From an uncultured Candidatus Saccharibacteria bacterium (lineage in GTDB: Bacteria > Patescibacteriota > Minisyncoccia > Phycocordibacterales > Phycocordibacteraceae): 64,000 nt of DNA. Below the pieces are notes generated by a model. That model searched no databases. It saw nothing but the letters and a program-made list of their open reading frames with translations, and was not told the origin of the DNA. Position 1 is the first letter of the stretch; each line of letters starts with the position of its first letter. A program made the position numbers and the translations under genes. This document shows, piece after piece, positions 55,743-64,000 of this stretch. The stretch lies in contig CAYUQB010000002.1 of NCBI GenBank assembly GCA_964446735.1, positions 18,516 through 82,515 on the forward strand. The letters run 5' to 3'.

Positions 55743-56609
55743 ATGCCAAAAGCACAAAGCAAGGATGCAGCGCCTGCCGACGATAAGTCGAAAGCTGCAG
55801 GGGAATCTCAGCCAGCCGATAAGGGTGGCAAAAAAGATTCAGACAACCCTTCAAATGGTCAATCGATTGCACAGGTTGCAGGGGGTGAAAACTCCAAGTC
55901 TGACGATTCAAAAGACGGCAAGCCCAAAGAGGGTGATGAGAAGGACAGTCTCATAGTCGATCTTAAGAAAGAGAATCGTGAGATGAAAAAAATGATCAGA
56001 GACGAGGTCATTCCTACCATTCGCCAGCTCCAAGAGCAGGTCAAGAAAGGGGGTACATCGGCCGGGGACGCATTAGACGAACTCGACGAACTCGCCAAAG
56101 AGTGGGAGCTTGAGCCGAAATTTGTCCAGAAGCTCGCAAGCATTCTTCTCAACAAGTCCAAGAAGCAATTTGAGGACGAGTACCTTTCAGATATCAAGGA
56201 CATCAAGTCTAAGACGGAAGCTCAATCTAAAGAGATCTCAAATGCTCAGATCACAGCGGCAATCTCGAAAGAGTTTGATCGTGTAGTGGCTGATAATCCG
56301 GATCTTGCGAAAGTTGCCAAGAAAGAAGCTGTTAAGAAGTACATCATGTCGAGCGAGGAAAATCTTTCTCGCACCATGGAGGAAATTCTTGAAGAACTTT
56401 ACGGCGATACATCAAAAGATTCTAGCGGCATTGAGGGCTACAGCTCTCAGGGTGGCAATCATCCTAAGGAACCCGATTACAAGGCTCCAAGTGATGAGGA
56501 TCATAAGCGCATTGCAGAATCTCGAGAAAAGGGCGGACAGGAATTTGAGAAATATCAGGACGGCCTGATTGATCGCCTGACCCATCGTTCACGTCATCGC
56601 TCGAAGTAA
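55743..56609 (+). CDS. Probable capsid scaffolding protein
   Basis: Disordered charged N-terminus plus coiled coil, directly upstream of coat gene. Confidence 0.65.
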   Translation: MPKAQSKDAAPADDKSKAAGESQPADKGGKKDSDNPSNGQSIAQVAGGENSKSDDSKDGKPKEGDEKDSLIVDLKKENREMKKMIRDEVIPTIRQLQEQVKKGGTSAGDALDELDELAKEWELEPKFVQKLASILLNKSKKQFEDEYLSDIKDIKSKTEAQSKEISNAQITAAISKEFDRVVADNPDLAKVAKKEAVKKYIMSSEENLSRTMEEILEELYGDTSKDSSGIEGYSSQGGNHPKEPDYKAPSDEDHKRIAESREKGGQEFEKYQDGLIDRLTHRSRHRSK

Positions 56610-56654
56610 TTGATCTCTGAGAGGGTAAATTTATTCACTTAACTTTATTCTCTC

Positions 56655-57857
56655 ATGTTAGCAGTATTCAAAGAGCAGTTCGACAATGCCTATCAGGCAG
56701 TGTTCGACAAGGTGCTTGTGGCAATGGAGATTGCCAATACACGCCTCGAGAAAAAGCTCGAGTATGGAGCATCTGTAAAGCGTGTGAAATATTCTCTCGC
56801 ACCGATTCGTGTGCGTAACATCACTATTGGTGTGAACCGAACCATTGACCAGCTCAATGACTCGGGTGAGACCCTTCTTGTAAACAAGAACAAGGGTGCC
56901 GACTTCCGCGTCTCGAAGAAAGAGATGATTCAGGCAGGCCCACTGAATCCAGCGGAAACTATTGGTGCTGAGGTGGCAAAGAAGCTATCTCGTTATATCG
57001 ATGCTGACGTATTTGCTCAGGTGAAAAATGCGCTCCAGACATTCGATACCGGAGATCTCACTACGATGAGTTCTAATGGAACCGCTATTACACTTTCGAC
57101 TACAAATGTCCCTCAGCTTTTGTCTCAGGGTCGTGCGAAGCTCCGAAAGGCAAATCAAGATCTCACCAGTCTTGCCTTGGTGTTGGATAGCTATGGTGGC
57201 TCGGTTATCGAGCAGTATGTCATGTCGAAGAATATCGACTTGGCGGCAGCTGCCTTCAAGAACGGTTATGCCGGTCCTGTGGGTGGTGCGGAGCTTTATC
57301 TCTCCGAGAACCTTCTCGCTGAAGCTGTGATTACGATGGCGTCTAACCCTTCAAACGGTCAGATCTTCTCGATCAATGGCTTTATCTACACCTTCGTAAC
57401 TTCGATTGGATCAACGCCGGGCAATGTGCTTATCGAGGCTGGTGTGGATGCAACCCGAGACAACCTGATTGATGCGATTCATCAGACTACCGGTACTGCC
57501 GGATCTAAGTACATCGCATGGACTGATACGGACCCTGGCTACGATCAGTCTAACTGGGTTGATCTTCAGCTTGCAGCTGTCGATAACGATGGTGCGGATA
57601 CTATCACCATTACTGGTACTGGCTCTGGTCGCCTTGTATTTGGCGGAAACGCTACTTACACGGTTACCAAGAATCTTGTTCACGCTTACTACGGTAAGAA
57701 GGGAGCAATCGATGTGGTCATTCAGGACCTTGCCGAGATGGAAATGGTTGATGACCCTTACCAGCGAGCAAAAATCATTCGAGCTGACGCTATCTACGGC
57801 ATCTTCACCTTTGCCGATGGAAAGCCACAGTTCCTTGATGTGCTTCTCCAGTCTTAA
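56655..57857 (+). CDS. Major capsid protein (P22 coat-like, HK97 fold) with inserted domain
   Basis: IANTRLEKKLEYGASVK, LSRYIDADV, GAELYLSENL, IRADAIYG patterns; position after scaffold. Confidence 0.8.
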   Translation: MLAVFKEQFDNAYQAVFDKVLVAMEIANTRLEKKLEYGASVKRVKYSLAPIRVRNITIGVNRTIDQLNDSGETLLVNKNKGADFRVSKKEMIQAGPLNPAETIGAEVAKKLSRYIDADVFAQVKNALQTFDTGDLTTMSSNGTAITLSTTNVPQLLSQGRAKLRKANQDLTSLALVLDSYGGSVIEQYVMSKNIDLAAAAFKNGYAGPVGGAELYLSENLLAEAVITMASNPSNGQIFSINGFIYTFVTSIGSTPGNVLIEAGVDATRDNLIDAIHQTTGTAGSKYIAWTDTDPGYDQSNWVDLQLAAVDNDGADTITITGTGSGRLVFGGNATYTVTKNLVHAYYGKKGAIDVVIQDLAEMEMVDDPYQRAKIIRADAIYGIFTFADGKPQFLDVLLQS

Positions 57858-57886
57858 AGACTGCACTGGCCTCAGCGTTGCTGGGG

Positions 57887-57928
57887 CTTAGTGCTAGAGG
57901 CAGAGCTAATTCTGCTTCTAGCACTGAG
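57887..57928 (+). other. 18-bp stem-loop downstream of capsid gene
   Basis: CTTAGTGCTAGAGGCAGA-gctaat-TCTGCTTCTAGCACTGAG. Confidence 0.7.
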
Positions 57929-57945
57929 ACAAACAGAAAATCATC

Positions 57946-58575
57946 ATGGCTACACCACTTACAGGACAACAAATCATAGATCGATTCGAGTTTTATACCG
58001 ATGACACCACGGATCTTTCTAGTGATGAAGAATTGATACTCGCAAATGATAAGGTCCGTTTGATTTTCATGGAGCAGCCATGGGAGTTTCTACGCAGGAA
58101 AAAGAATGGAGTAGTTGAAAGCGATGGAAAAATAACTTTGCCGACTGATTTTGATGAATTGATGGAGAACTATAGCGATGATCCAACTATTGGAGAGCCG
58201 ATCACGAAAGTTATTTATGTCGGTGGTCAAAAGTCTCCATATTTGGTGGTCCCGATGGGTCAGAGAAATGCAAATAATTTCAGCAATGTGTGCTGGATTG
58301 ATCCTGCTGATGGAAAAATAAACTTTCTGCAAAATCCGGGTACTGGTGCTGCTTATGAATTCGACTACAAGACCAGCCCCGATGACATTGCCGTTGGTAC
58401 ATCTCCAAAACTTCCTGCTGAGTACCATCCAATGATCGTGTTTGCGATGCTCATTGATGAGGAGATCATCAAAAAGTCTGAAAAGGCTCGTAGCAATATG
58501 CAAGAAAACTTTGCTCAATTTCAGCGTTATATGAAAAATCTTAAATTGCGTGATGCACGATTTAAACTCGCATAA
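57946..58575 (+). CDS. Head-tail adaptor-like protein
   Basis: PWEFL, ITLPTDF, LPAEYHPMIV motifs typical of adaptors following coat genes. Confidence 0.65.
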   Translation: MATPLTGQQIIDRFEFYTDDTTDLSSDEELILANDKVRLIFMEQPWEFLRRKKNGVVESDGKITLPTDFDELMENYSDDPTIGEPITKVIYVGGQKSPYLVVPMGQRNANNFSNVCWIDPADGKINFLQNPGTGAAYEFDYKTSPDDIAVGTSPKLPAEYHPMIVFAMLIDEEIIKKSEKARSNMQENFAQFQRYMKNLKLRDARFKLA

Positions 58576-58578
58576 TTT

Positions 58579-60480
58579 ATGGCAGATCATGAGATTAAAA
58601 AATATGGATCGGGAGTACATAATCGAGAGGATAATGAGGATACACCGAAAGATAGTGCAAAAGATTCACTCAACTGGGTAACGATTGATGGAAAGATTGA
58701 ACTTGCCCGAGGAAAAGTAACCGTGGGATCTGAAGGAGCGGCCGGTGCCTGTCCGGCTATTCATGTTGGATACAAAGCAAACGGTACAGGAATTCTTTGG
58801 CGAAAAGTTGCAACAGCTATCCAGTATTTTAATGGCCTGACGTGGGTAAATGTTGTTACCGGTCTCAATCCAAATGATATTTATGTGTTTACAAACTACA
58901 GCTCTCTTACCGGAGCTTGGACTTTTGCCGGTGGTCCGGGTGGCTTATTTAAGTTCGCTAACGCCAATCCAAATGATTTTATTCAGCTCTATACAACAAC
59001 AGATTTCTTCTGTGGTTTTCCTTTGATCGATAAAGCAAGAATGTATTTATGGGGGATTGCAAAAGATCCTACAAGTCTTTATCGAAGCTTTGTTGATGTT
59101 CAAAGAGATGGTGTCAGCTTTACTCAAATCTCAAATGAAAGTTTGGCTAGCGGAAATGGATCGCAAACATTATTTTCAGGTGTTTTGGCTTTTAAATCTG
59201 GCCAACCAAAAAGAAATTGTGGTTTGGTAACAGTCAAATGCACAGATGGCGGTGGTGAAATATTTACTGATGATAAAAATGGAAATCTTAAAAGCACTGC
59301 CGGTGGAGTTGGAACGATAAATTATATTACTGGTGCGTGGAGCGTTACTTTTGTTACGGTTCCATCAAACTCTGCTGGAAATATCAAAGCGGATTATGTT
59401 TGGGAAAATAGCACAAGCAAAGGAGTAGCAGATTTTACTTATAGTTCATCTCGTCTCGCAGGTGAAGGAGATGTGATTAGACAAGATGAAGGTGGCGATG
59501 CTATTCAACAGCTCGTAATTGGTATCGATGGCAATTACTATTCGCTTAAAAAACAAAGTGCATATCAACATAAATACACTGATGACGATAAAACTTTCAA
59601 TAACCAAGTTGTCAGAAGAAATATCGGTGTTCTTACTCGAAGAAGTGCCGTAACTACCGGCCGAGGAGTGGTCTTTATTAATACTGCCAATCCTGATCGA
59701 CCTCAACTCACAGTTCTTGAGAAAAATCCTCTCGGTGATGACATTCTTGCAACTGAGCTTATTCCACATTTTGCATGGGAGAAATTTGATTACTCGGATA
59801 CGTTCATGGAAACCTACGGGCAATTTATTGTCATGACGTGTCGTTCTCAAGGAAGCATTGTAAATGATCGGATGCTTGTCATCGATATTGTAAAAAATAC
59901 TGTCGATCTCACTAATTACGGAATGAAATCATTAGTTAAAGATTCGGGGATTCTTTATGGTGGCAGTCCGCATACTCAGACTGTCTACAAAATATTAAAT
60001 GGATTTGATGATGATGGTTATGTGGTTCAAAACAGTTGGGATAGTAAATACGAAACTTACGGTGTTCGTCGGCTCAAGAAATATCGTCGCCTGAGATATC
60101 GAGGCGAAATTGATCCAGCTCAATATGTGGAAATCTACGCAGATTTTGATGGATCTGGATATTCCTTAGTAGGCACAATTCGAGGCGATGCTACTTATGT
60201 GAATCGGTCTAGTCCTTCAAGCGTTGGAACAACAATGATAGGTGAAGCGGCTGTTGGAGGCGATGGATCAGCTCAAGTGTATCCCTACGAGCTGCAGATT
60301 AAGGCGATGAAAATTCCTAAATTCCGTAGACGAAGTATCCGATTTATCGCAAAAGGAATCGGATATGTGAGTGTCATGGAATCGGTCGATTGGGATATTT
60401 TGACCTTTGAGGACAAATTACCAAAGGTCTACCGCCAAAAACAGCATGTAAGTCTTGATGGCAAAAGCACAAACCAGTAA
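58579..60480 (+). CDS. Tail nozzle/stabilisation protein (P22 gp10/T7 gp12-like, inferred)
   Basis: 633-aa beta-rich protein after adaptor; C-terminal WDSKY...KKYRRL. Confidence 0.6.
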   Translation: MADHEIKKYGSGVHNREDNEDTPKDSAKDSLNWVTIDGKIELARGKVTVGSEGAAGACPAIHVGYKANGTGILWRKVATAIQYFNGLTWVNVVTGLNPNDIYVFTNYSSLTGAWTFAGGPGGLFKFANANPNDFIQLYTTTDFFCGFPLIDKARMYLWGIAKDPTSLYRSFVDVQRDGVSFTQISNESLASGNGSQTLFSGVLAFKSGQPKRNCGLVTVKCTDGGGEIFTDDKNGNLKSTAGGVGTINYITGAWSVTFVTVPSNSAGNIKADYVWENSTSKGVADFTYSSSRLAGEGDVIRQDEGGDAIQQLVIGIDGNYYSLKKQSAYQHKYTDDDKTFNNQVVRRNIGVLTRRSAVTTGRGVVFINTANPDRPQLTVLEKNPLGDDILATELIPHFAWEKFDYSDTFMETYGQFIVMTCRSQGSIVNDRMLVIDIVKNTVDLTNYGMKSLVKDSGILYGGSPHTQTVYKILNGFDDDGYVVQNSWDSKYETYGVRRLKKYRRLRYRGEIDPAQYVEIYADFDGSGYSLVGTIRGDATYVNRSSPSSVGTTMIGEAAVGGDGSAQVYPYELQIKAMKIPKFRRRSIRFIAKGIGYVSVMESVDWDILTFEDKLPKVYRQKQHVSLDGKSTNQ

Positions 60481-60514
60481 TGCACTAAATTTTGCACTTT
60501 TAGGCACTCATACT
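60476..60514 (+). promoter_or_regulatory. Phage late-promoter-like motif copy 3 (before tail genes)
   Basis: AGTAATGCA-N8-TGCACTTTT...CATACT, 6 nt before ATG 60521. Confidence 0.7.
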
Positions 60515-60520
60515 TAAACT

Positions 60521-61294
60521 ATGGCCTCTAAACTCACTAAAGTAGTCGCAAATTTTGAGACATCACTTGCAACCAAACTTGCGAATGGGGCCGTTTCAGG
60601 TGCCTTAACGAGTGTTACCGACAAGAATAGTGTGGTTTTACCAGCAGGTAAATACTGCATGATCGTGGATCGAGGCACCGGTGATGAGGAGCATCTTGTA
60701 TTCGATCTTTCCGGTACTGCCATAAGCAACATTTTTAGTGTCTCAAGACAGGGGGTACAAACCGCCGGAGTTCAGAATATTAACGGCCATAGAGCTGGCT
60801 CAAAATGCTATCTTACTGATTTTGTAAATCTCAAAATCATAGTCGATATCCTTAATGGAGATGACACCTTGGATTCAACCAAGCCCGTAAAATATGATGC
60901 GGATCCAACTTTTAATGATTCAAAGCAGGTTGTGTCAAAAGGATATGTAGATACTAATCTTGCTGGTAAGGCATCCACTAACGGAAATAATACTTTCACT
61001 GGAAACAACAATTTCATAAATTCTCCAAATATCCCTAATGCGGTAAGTGCATCACAACCGGTAACACTTTCGCAGCTTATGGCTGCTGCACTTACTGGTA
61101 TTCAGGCTGGTCTTGAATATGTAGATGTCGCCTTGAATGGCGACGGCAGTGTGAGATCACTTCATGACAATGTGAACGGCAAGACATTTGTATTCGAGTA
61201 TGACGATAACCGGTTACTCAGAAGTATCTATGACGGCGTAAAGAAATGGTCAATTCGTGATGTTCACGAAAGGATCGCAAGCATTATCCATTAA
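60521..61294 (+). CDS. Tail/fibre-attachment protein
   Basis: FETSL, HRAGS, SKGYVD, NTFTGNNNF fibre-type motifs. Confidence 0.6.
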   Translation: MASKLTKVVANFETSLATKLANGAVSGALTSVTDKNSVVLPAGKYCMIVDRGTGDEEHLVFDLSGTAISNIFSVSRQGVQTAGVQNINGHRAGSKCYLTDFVNLKIIVDILNGDDTLDSTKPVKYDADPTFNDSKQVVSKGYVDTNLAGKASTNGNNTFTGNNNFINSPNIPNAVSASQPVTLSQLMAAALTGIQAGLEYVDVALNGDGSVRSLHDNVNGKTFVFEYDDNRLLRSIYDGVKKWSIRDVHERIASIIH

Positions 61295-61308
61295 TTTAAT
61301 TTTTTACC

Positions 61309-63390
61309 ATGATTAATTTACAAGTAGATCGAAGGTTAGATAAAACAACAGTAGTTAAGGGGCAACAGATATCACCCTTTCCCAAATTTATCGAATGGGA
61401 CAAATCGGGCATTGCACAATGGCCAGCAGTAAAGGCACAAGGAAAACTGACTTTGCAGAACCAGCCGTCAGTTGGTGAGACGATCACGCTTGGTACAAAA
61501 ACATATTCTTTCGTGGCAAGTCTTGTTACCAATACAGACGGTCAGATTGTTATTGGTGCAACTGTGGCAGCTACTCGTGCAAATATCATGGCAGCTGTAA
61601 ATCTCTCAGGTCTTCCGGGAAGCCAGTACGCTTCGGCAACATCTCTAAATGGTGATGTGGAAGCAACATCTACATCTGGAAATGACATTTTCTTTACCGC
61701 AAAAATTGGTGGAACAGCCGGAAATTCAATCGCTTCAACATCTACCCTTGTTGCCCCTAACACCTTTGATGCGGCAACTCTTGGTACTTATAGAGCAGGG
61801 GCAGCCGCAAGTGATGCTGATTCAGTCCTCATGCCGTCTTATCGAGGAACTTTCAACACATCAACTGCTCAGCAATATGCGAACCGAGAATTATTTTATA
61901 TCGGTAAATCATCTTGGGATGGTGATGAAGATAGGGCATTTGGAATTCAGAATGAACTCCTCAGACAATTCCCATATCATGAATATCAGATTGGAGCCGG
62001 TGCAACACGAAAAATGTACGCTTTCAATTTTCTCGAGCGTAGAGTGAAAAGTGTCAAAACACTTACTCTCTACACAAAACTTCGTGATATTGAAGCTCAA
62101 ACACTCTCATCTCCTTTTGCGAAAAGCACAAACAATCGTGTTTTCAAAACGATTGAACTGGACTCAACGAGATTCATAACTTTTTATCGCCAACAAGCAG
62201 GAACAACCGGCATCTATGCTGTAGTGGGAAGCACCAATGCAAACGGCACAATCACTTGGGGTGCGCCCTTGCTCATGCAGGTACGAGATATGTATAACGA
62301 GAACTTTGACGCTGTTCTCATTAATACAGACAAGGTCCTTATTGCGATTGAACAAGGAGGATCAAACTTTATTAACACGGCAGTAGTAACGATCTCTGGC
62401 ACAGGCCTCGCTCTCAATACGCCGGTCCAAGTTGTTGCCGTTGCTTCTAGTTATAAGCAACTGGTTAAAGTCGGAACTGACAAAGCAATCCTTGCTTTTG
62501 AAAACGGTTCAGCGATTAATCTCTACTGCGTTTCAGTATCGGGTACTGTGCCTTCATATGGAACTCTTGCAAGCATTGCCTCAACATCAAAGCCGTTATT
62601 GGCACCTAATGGCACTGATAAATGCCAGATTGCTTATATAGGTTCAGGTGGATGGTATTCAGCAGTCGTTACCACATCCGGCACGACTATTACGGTGCAA
62701 GCTGGATTACAGATTAGTTACGATACAAATTACTCATATCGATACAACTATCTCTTTCCACTCACAACCGACACTTTTGTTTATTGGAGCCATTGGGGTG
62801 CAGTCCAATATCAAGGTCGTGATCGCATTCGAGCGGGACTAATTACTGTCTCAGGTACAAATACAACTCTTGCTAGCAGCTCCTATGTCCCTTCCGGATG
62901 GTGGGGAGATCGTCTGATGTATCCAAAACCTATTGATGCAACCAGCTTCTATGTTTATTGCTATGAAAGTAATCGTATTACTGGTGCAAAAGTTACTTTG
63001 ACTGGTACTACATTTAATTTTCCAACCATGACATATAAGGGTTTTGGATGGAATGAGAATCAAGGCGAACAAGCAATTTATAAACGACAACAATATGATA
63101 ACTTTCCTCAAATTGGTGATCCTGTTAGTTGCAGTGGCAATATGTTTTTTATTACCACTGATAACTATGTGAACGGTGCAATTGCTGTATTCAGTGATAA
63201 ACCGTTTAGTTTTGATTTGTATAGCGGTGATGATCTTGTCGGGACCTTCACGAAAAACGATCTTGGCTTCATGCAAAAAATTGCTGTCGATGTTCCGATC
63301 AACAAGGAGGAATTTGGATTGAAAATGAAAAGTAATGATAGTGTCCAGCGTTTTGCTCAGATAGATCACATGTATCTAGTAATCGACTAA
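61309..63390 (+). CDS. Tail spike/receptor-binding-like protein with beta-repeats
   Basis: Repeated TDK.../V.SGT.I..G blades; N-terminal domain shared with capsid insert. Confidence 0.6.
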   Translation: MINLQVDRRLDKTTVVKGQQISPFPKFIEWDKSGIAQWPAVKAQGKLTLQNQPSVGETITLGTKTYSFVASLVTNTDGQIVIGATVAATRANIMAAVNLSGLPGSQYASATSLNGDVEATSTSGNDIFFTAKIGGTAGNSIASTSTLVAPNTFDAATLGTYRAGAAASDADSVLMPSYRGTFNTSTAQQYANRELFYIGKSSWDGDEDRAFGIQNELLRQFPYHEYQIGAGATRKMYAFNFLERRVKSVKTLTLYTKLRDIEAQTLSSPFAKSTNNRVFKTIELDSTRFITFYRQQAGTTGIYAVVGSTNANGTITWGAPLLMQVRDMYNENFDAVLINTDKVLIAIEQGGSNFINTAVVTISGTGLALNTPVQVVAVASSYKQLVKVGTDKAILAFENGSAINLYCVSVSGTVPSYGTLASIASTSKPLLAPNGTDKCQIAYIGSGGWYSAVVTTSGTTITVQAGLQISYDTNYSYRYNYLFPLTTDTFVYWSHWGAVQYQGRDRIRAGLITVSGTNTTLASSSYVPSGWWGDRLMYPKPIDATSFYVYCYESNRITGAKVTLTGTTFNFPTMTYKGFGWNENQGEQAIYKRQQYDNFPQIGDPVSCSGNMFFITTDNYVNGAIAVFSDKPFSFDLYSGDDLVGTFTKNDLGFMQKIAVDVPINKEEFGLKMKSNDSVQRFAQIDHMYLVID

Positions 63391-63396
63391 AAATTA

Positions 63397-64000
63397 ATGG
63401 CATCTTACACGATACAATATGGCGATACTTTAAGTGGAATTGCCTCAAGAACCGGCAAGAGTATTCAGGAGTTGATGCGCCTGAATCCTTCCATCACTGA
63501 TCCGAACAAAATATATGCCGGACGAAGTTTGAATTTGGGTGATTCTGCACCAGCAACTGCTGTACCAGCTCCTGCTTCTACTCCGGCAAAGCAGACCATT
63601 GCTCAAGTTGCCAAAGTATCAGTGCCTAACTATGTCGAGGATCCGACAACTACTCAGATTGGCAGTTCATATAAAAGTCAGGCTACTAACACAGTAAACG
63701 AGGAAGCAATAAGAGCTGCTACTCGTTCAAGAATTCAGGGGCAGATTGATGCTATCAATGCGGCTGTTCAGGATCAGATAGTTAATTTTAGAAATACGAC
63801 TGGAAAAAATCGCCTCGGTCAAAGTTATGCTCTGGCTGCTGCTGGTGGCCGTATTGGAAGTCCTACAGGCGAAGCAGAATTTAGAACTACTGAGGACTAT
63901 AACAACCAAGAGGAGCAGACTTATAGAAATGAGGCCAATGTGAAAATCTCACAGCTTCTTGGTGCTGCTACTCGTGATGCTGATGCTGAGATTAAGGCAA
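63397..64000 (+). CDS. LysM-domain virion protein, 3'-truncated (not in ORF track)
   Basis: MASYTIQYGDTLSGIASRTGKSIQELMRLNPSITDPNKIYAGRSLNL LysM consensus; frame open to window end. Confidence 0.85.
   Translation, partial: MASYTIQYGDTLSGIASRTGKSIQELMRLNPSITDPNKIYAGRSLNLGDSAPATAVPAPASTPAKQTIAQVAKVSVPNYVEDPTTTQIGSSYKSQATNTVNEEAIRAATRSRIQGQIDAINAAVQDQIVNFRNTTGKNRLGQSYALAAAGGRIGSPTGEAEFRTTEDYNNQEEQTYRNEANVKISQLLGAATRDADAEIKA

Larger units (their letters stand above)
45630..64000 (+). mobile_element. Podovirus-like prophage region, right end outside window
   Basis: Drop in GC (spot counts: 32/60 at line 45001 vs 24/60 at line 49201); co-oriented replication, packaging, head and tail genes. Confidence 0.88.

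Noticed and set aside
1-64000. Alternative genetic code (UGA=Gly, as in Gracilibacteria/Absconditabacteria)
   Set aside because: Genes are full length in code 11 and several end in TGA with ATGA coupling
1-64000. tRNA, rRNA, IS or integrase genes
   Set aside because: None recognised by eye; tRNAscan/Rfam would be needed to exclude divergent RNAs
45630-64000. Contractile injection system or tailocin
   Set aside because: Has terminase, portal, capsid and replication genes and no sheath, tube or baseplate in the window

Overview
The window has two compositionally distinct parts. (1) 1-~45.6 kb is host chromosome of a reduced bacterium, inferred to be Patescibacteria/CPR (Parcubacteria-like) from SD-less starts, trimmed SecA/Obg and a giant GIGTTSP-repeat protein. 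It holds a ~20 kb surface-glycan locus: epimerase, GT2/GT4/GT-B transferases, five SAM methyltransferases, a NodB-type deacetylase, fused ATP sulfurylase-APS kinase plus a sulfotransferase, a 2OG-Fe(II) oxygenase, HAD, NeuB, Wzx, and an O-ligase/TPR protein. Then come murB, an uncalled 37-aa Lys-rich histone-like gene, secA, obgE, gatB, two paralogous HTH-plus-TM genes, a secreted triple-repeat protein and gap. The second HTH-TM gene encodes a 4937-aa tail-fibre-like protein with two different predicted autocleaving chaperone domains. (2) From ~45.63 kb to the end is a more AT-rich, single-strand-coded podovirus-like prophage region: SymE-like, Sak4-like ATPase, O-like initiator, ParB-methylase, terminases, portal, scaffold, P22-like coat, adaptor/nozzle, tail proteins and a LysM protein, with no integrase or repressor visible in the window. 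Hidden signals read from the sequence include four palindromic iterons plus DnaA boxes inside the initiator gene, a thrice-repeated late-promoter motif, a predicted ~40-nt antisense RNA, and an Arg-to-Gly change in the terminase Walker A. All family assignments come from motif recognition by eye; no database searches were run.
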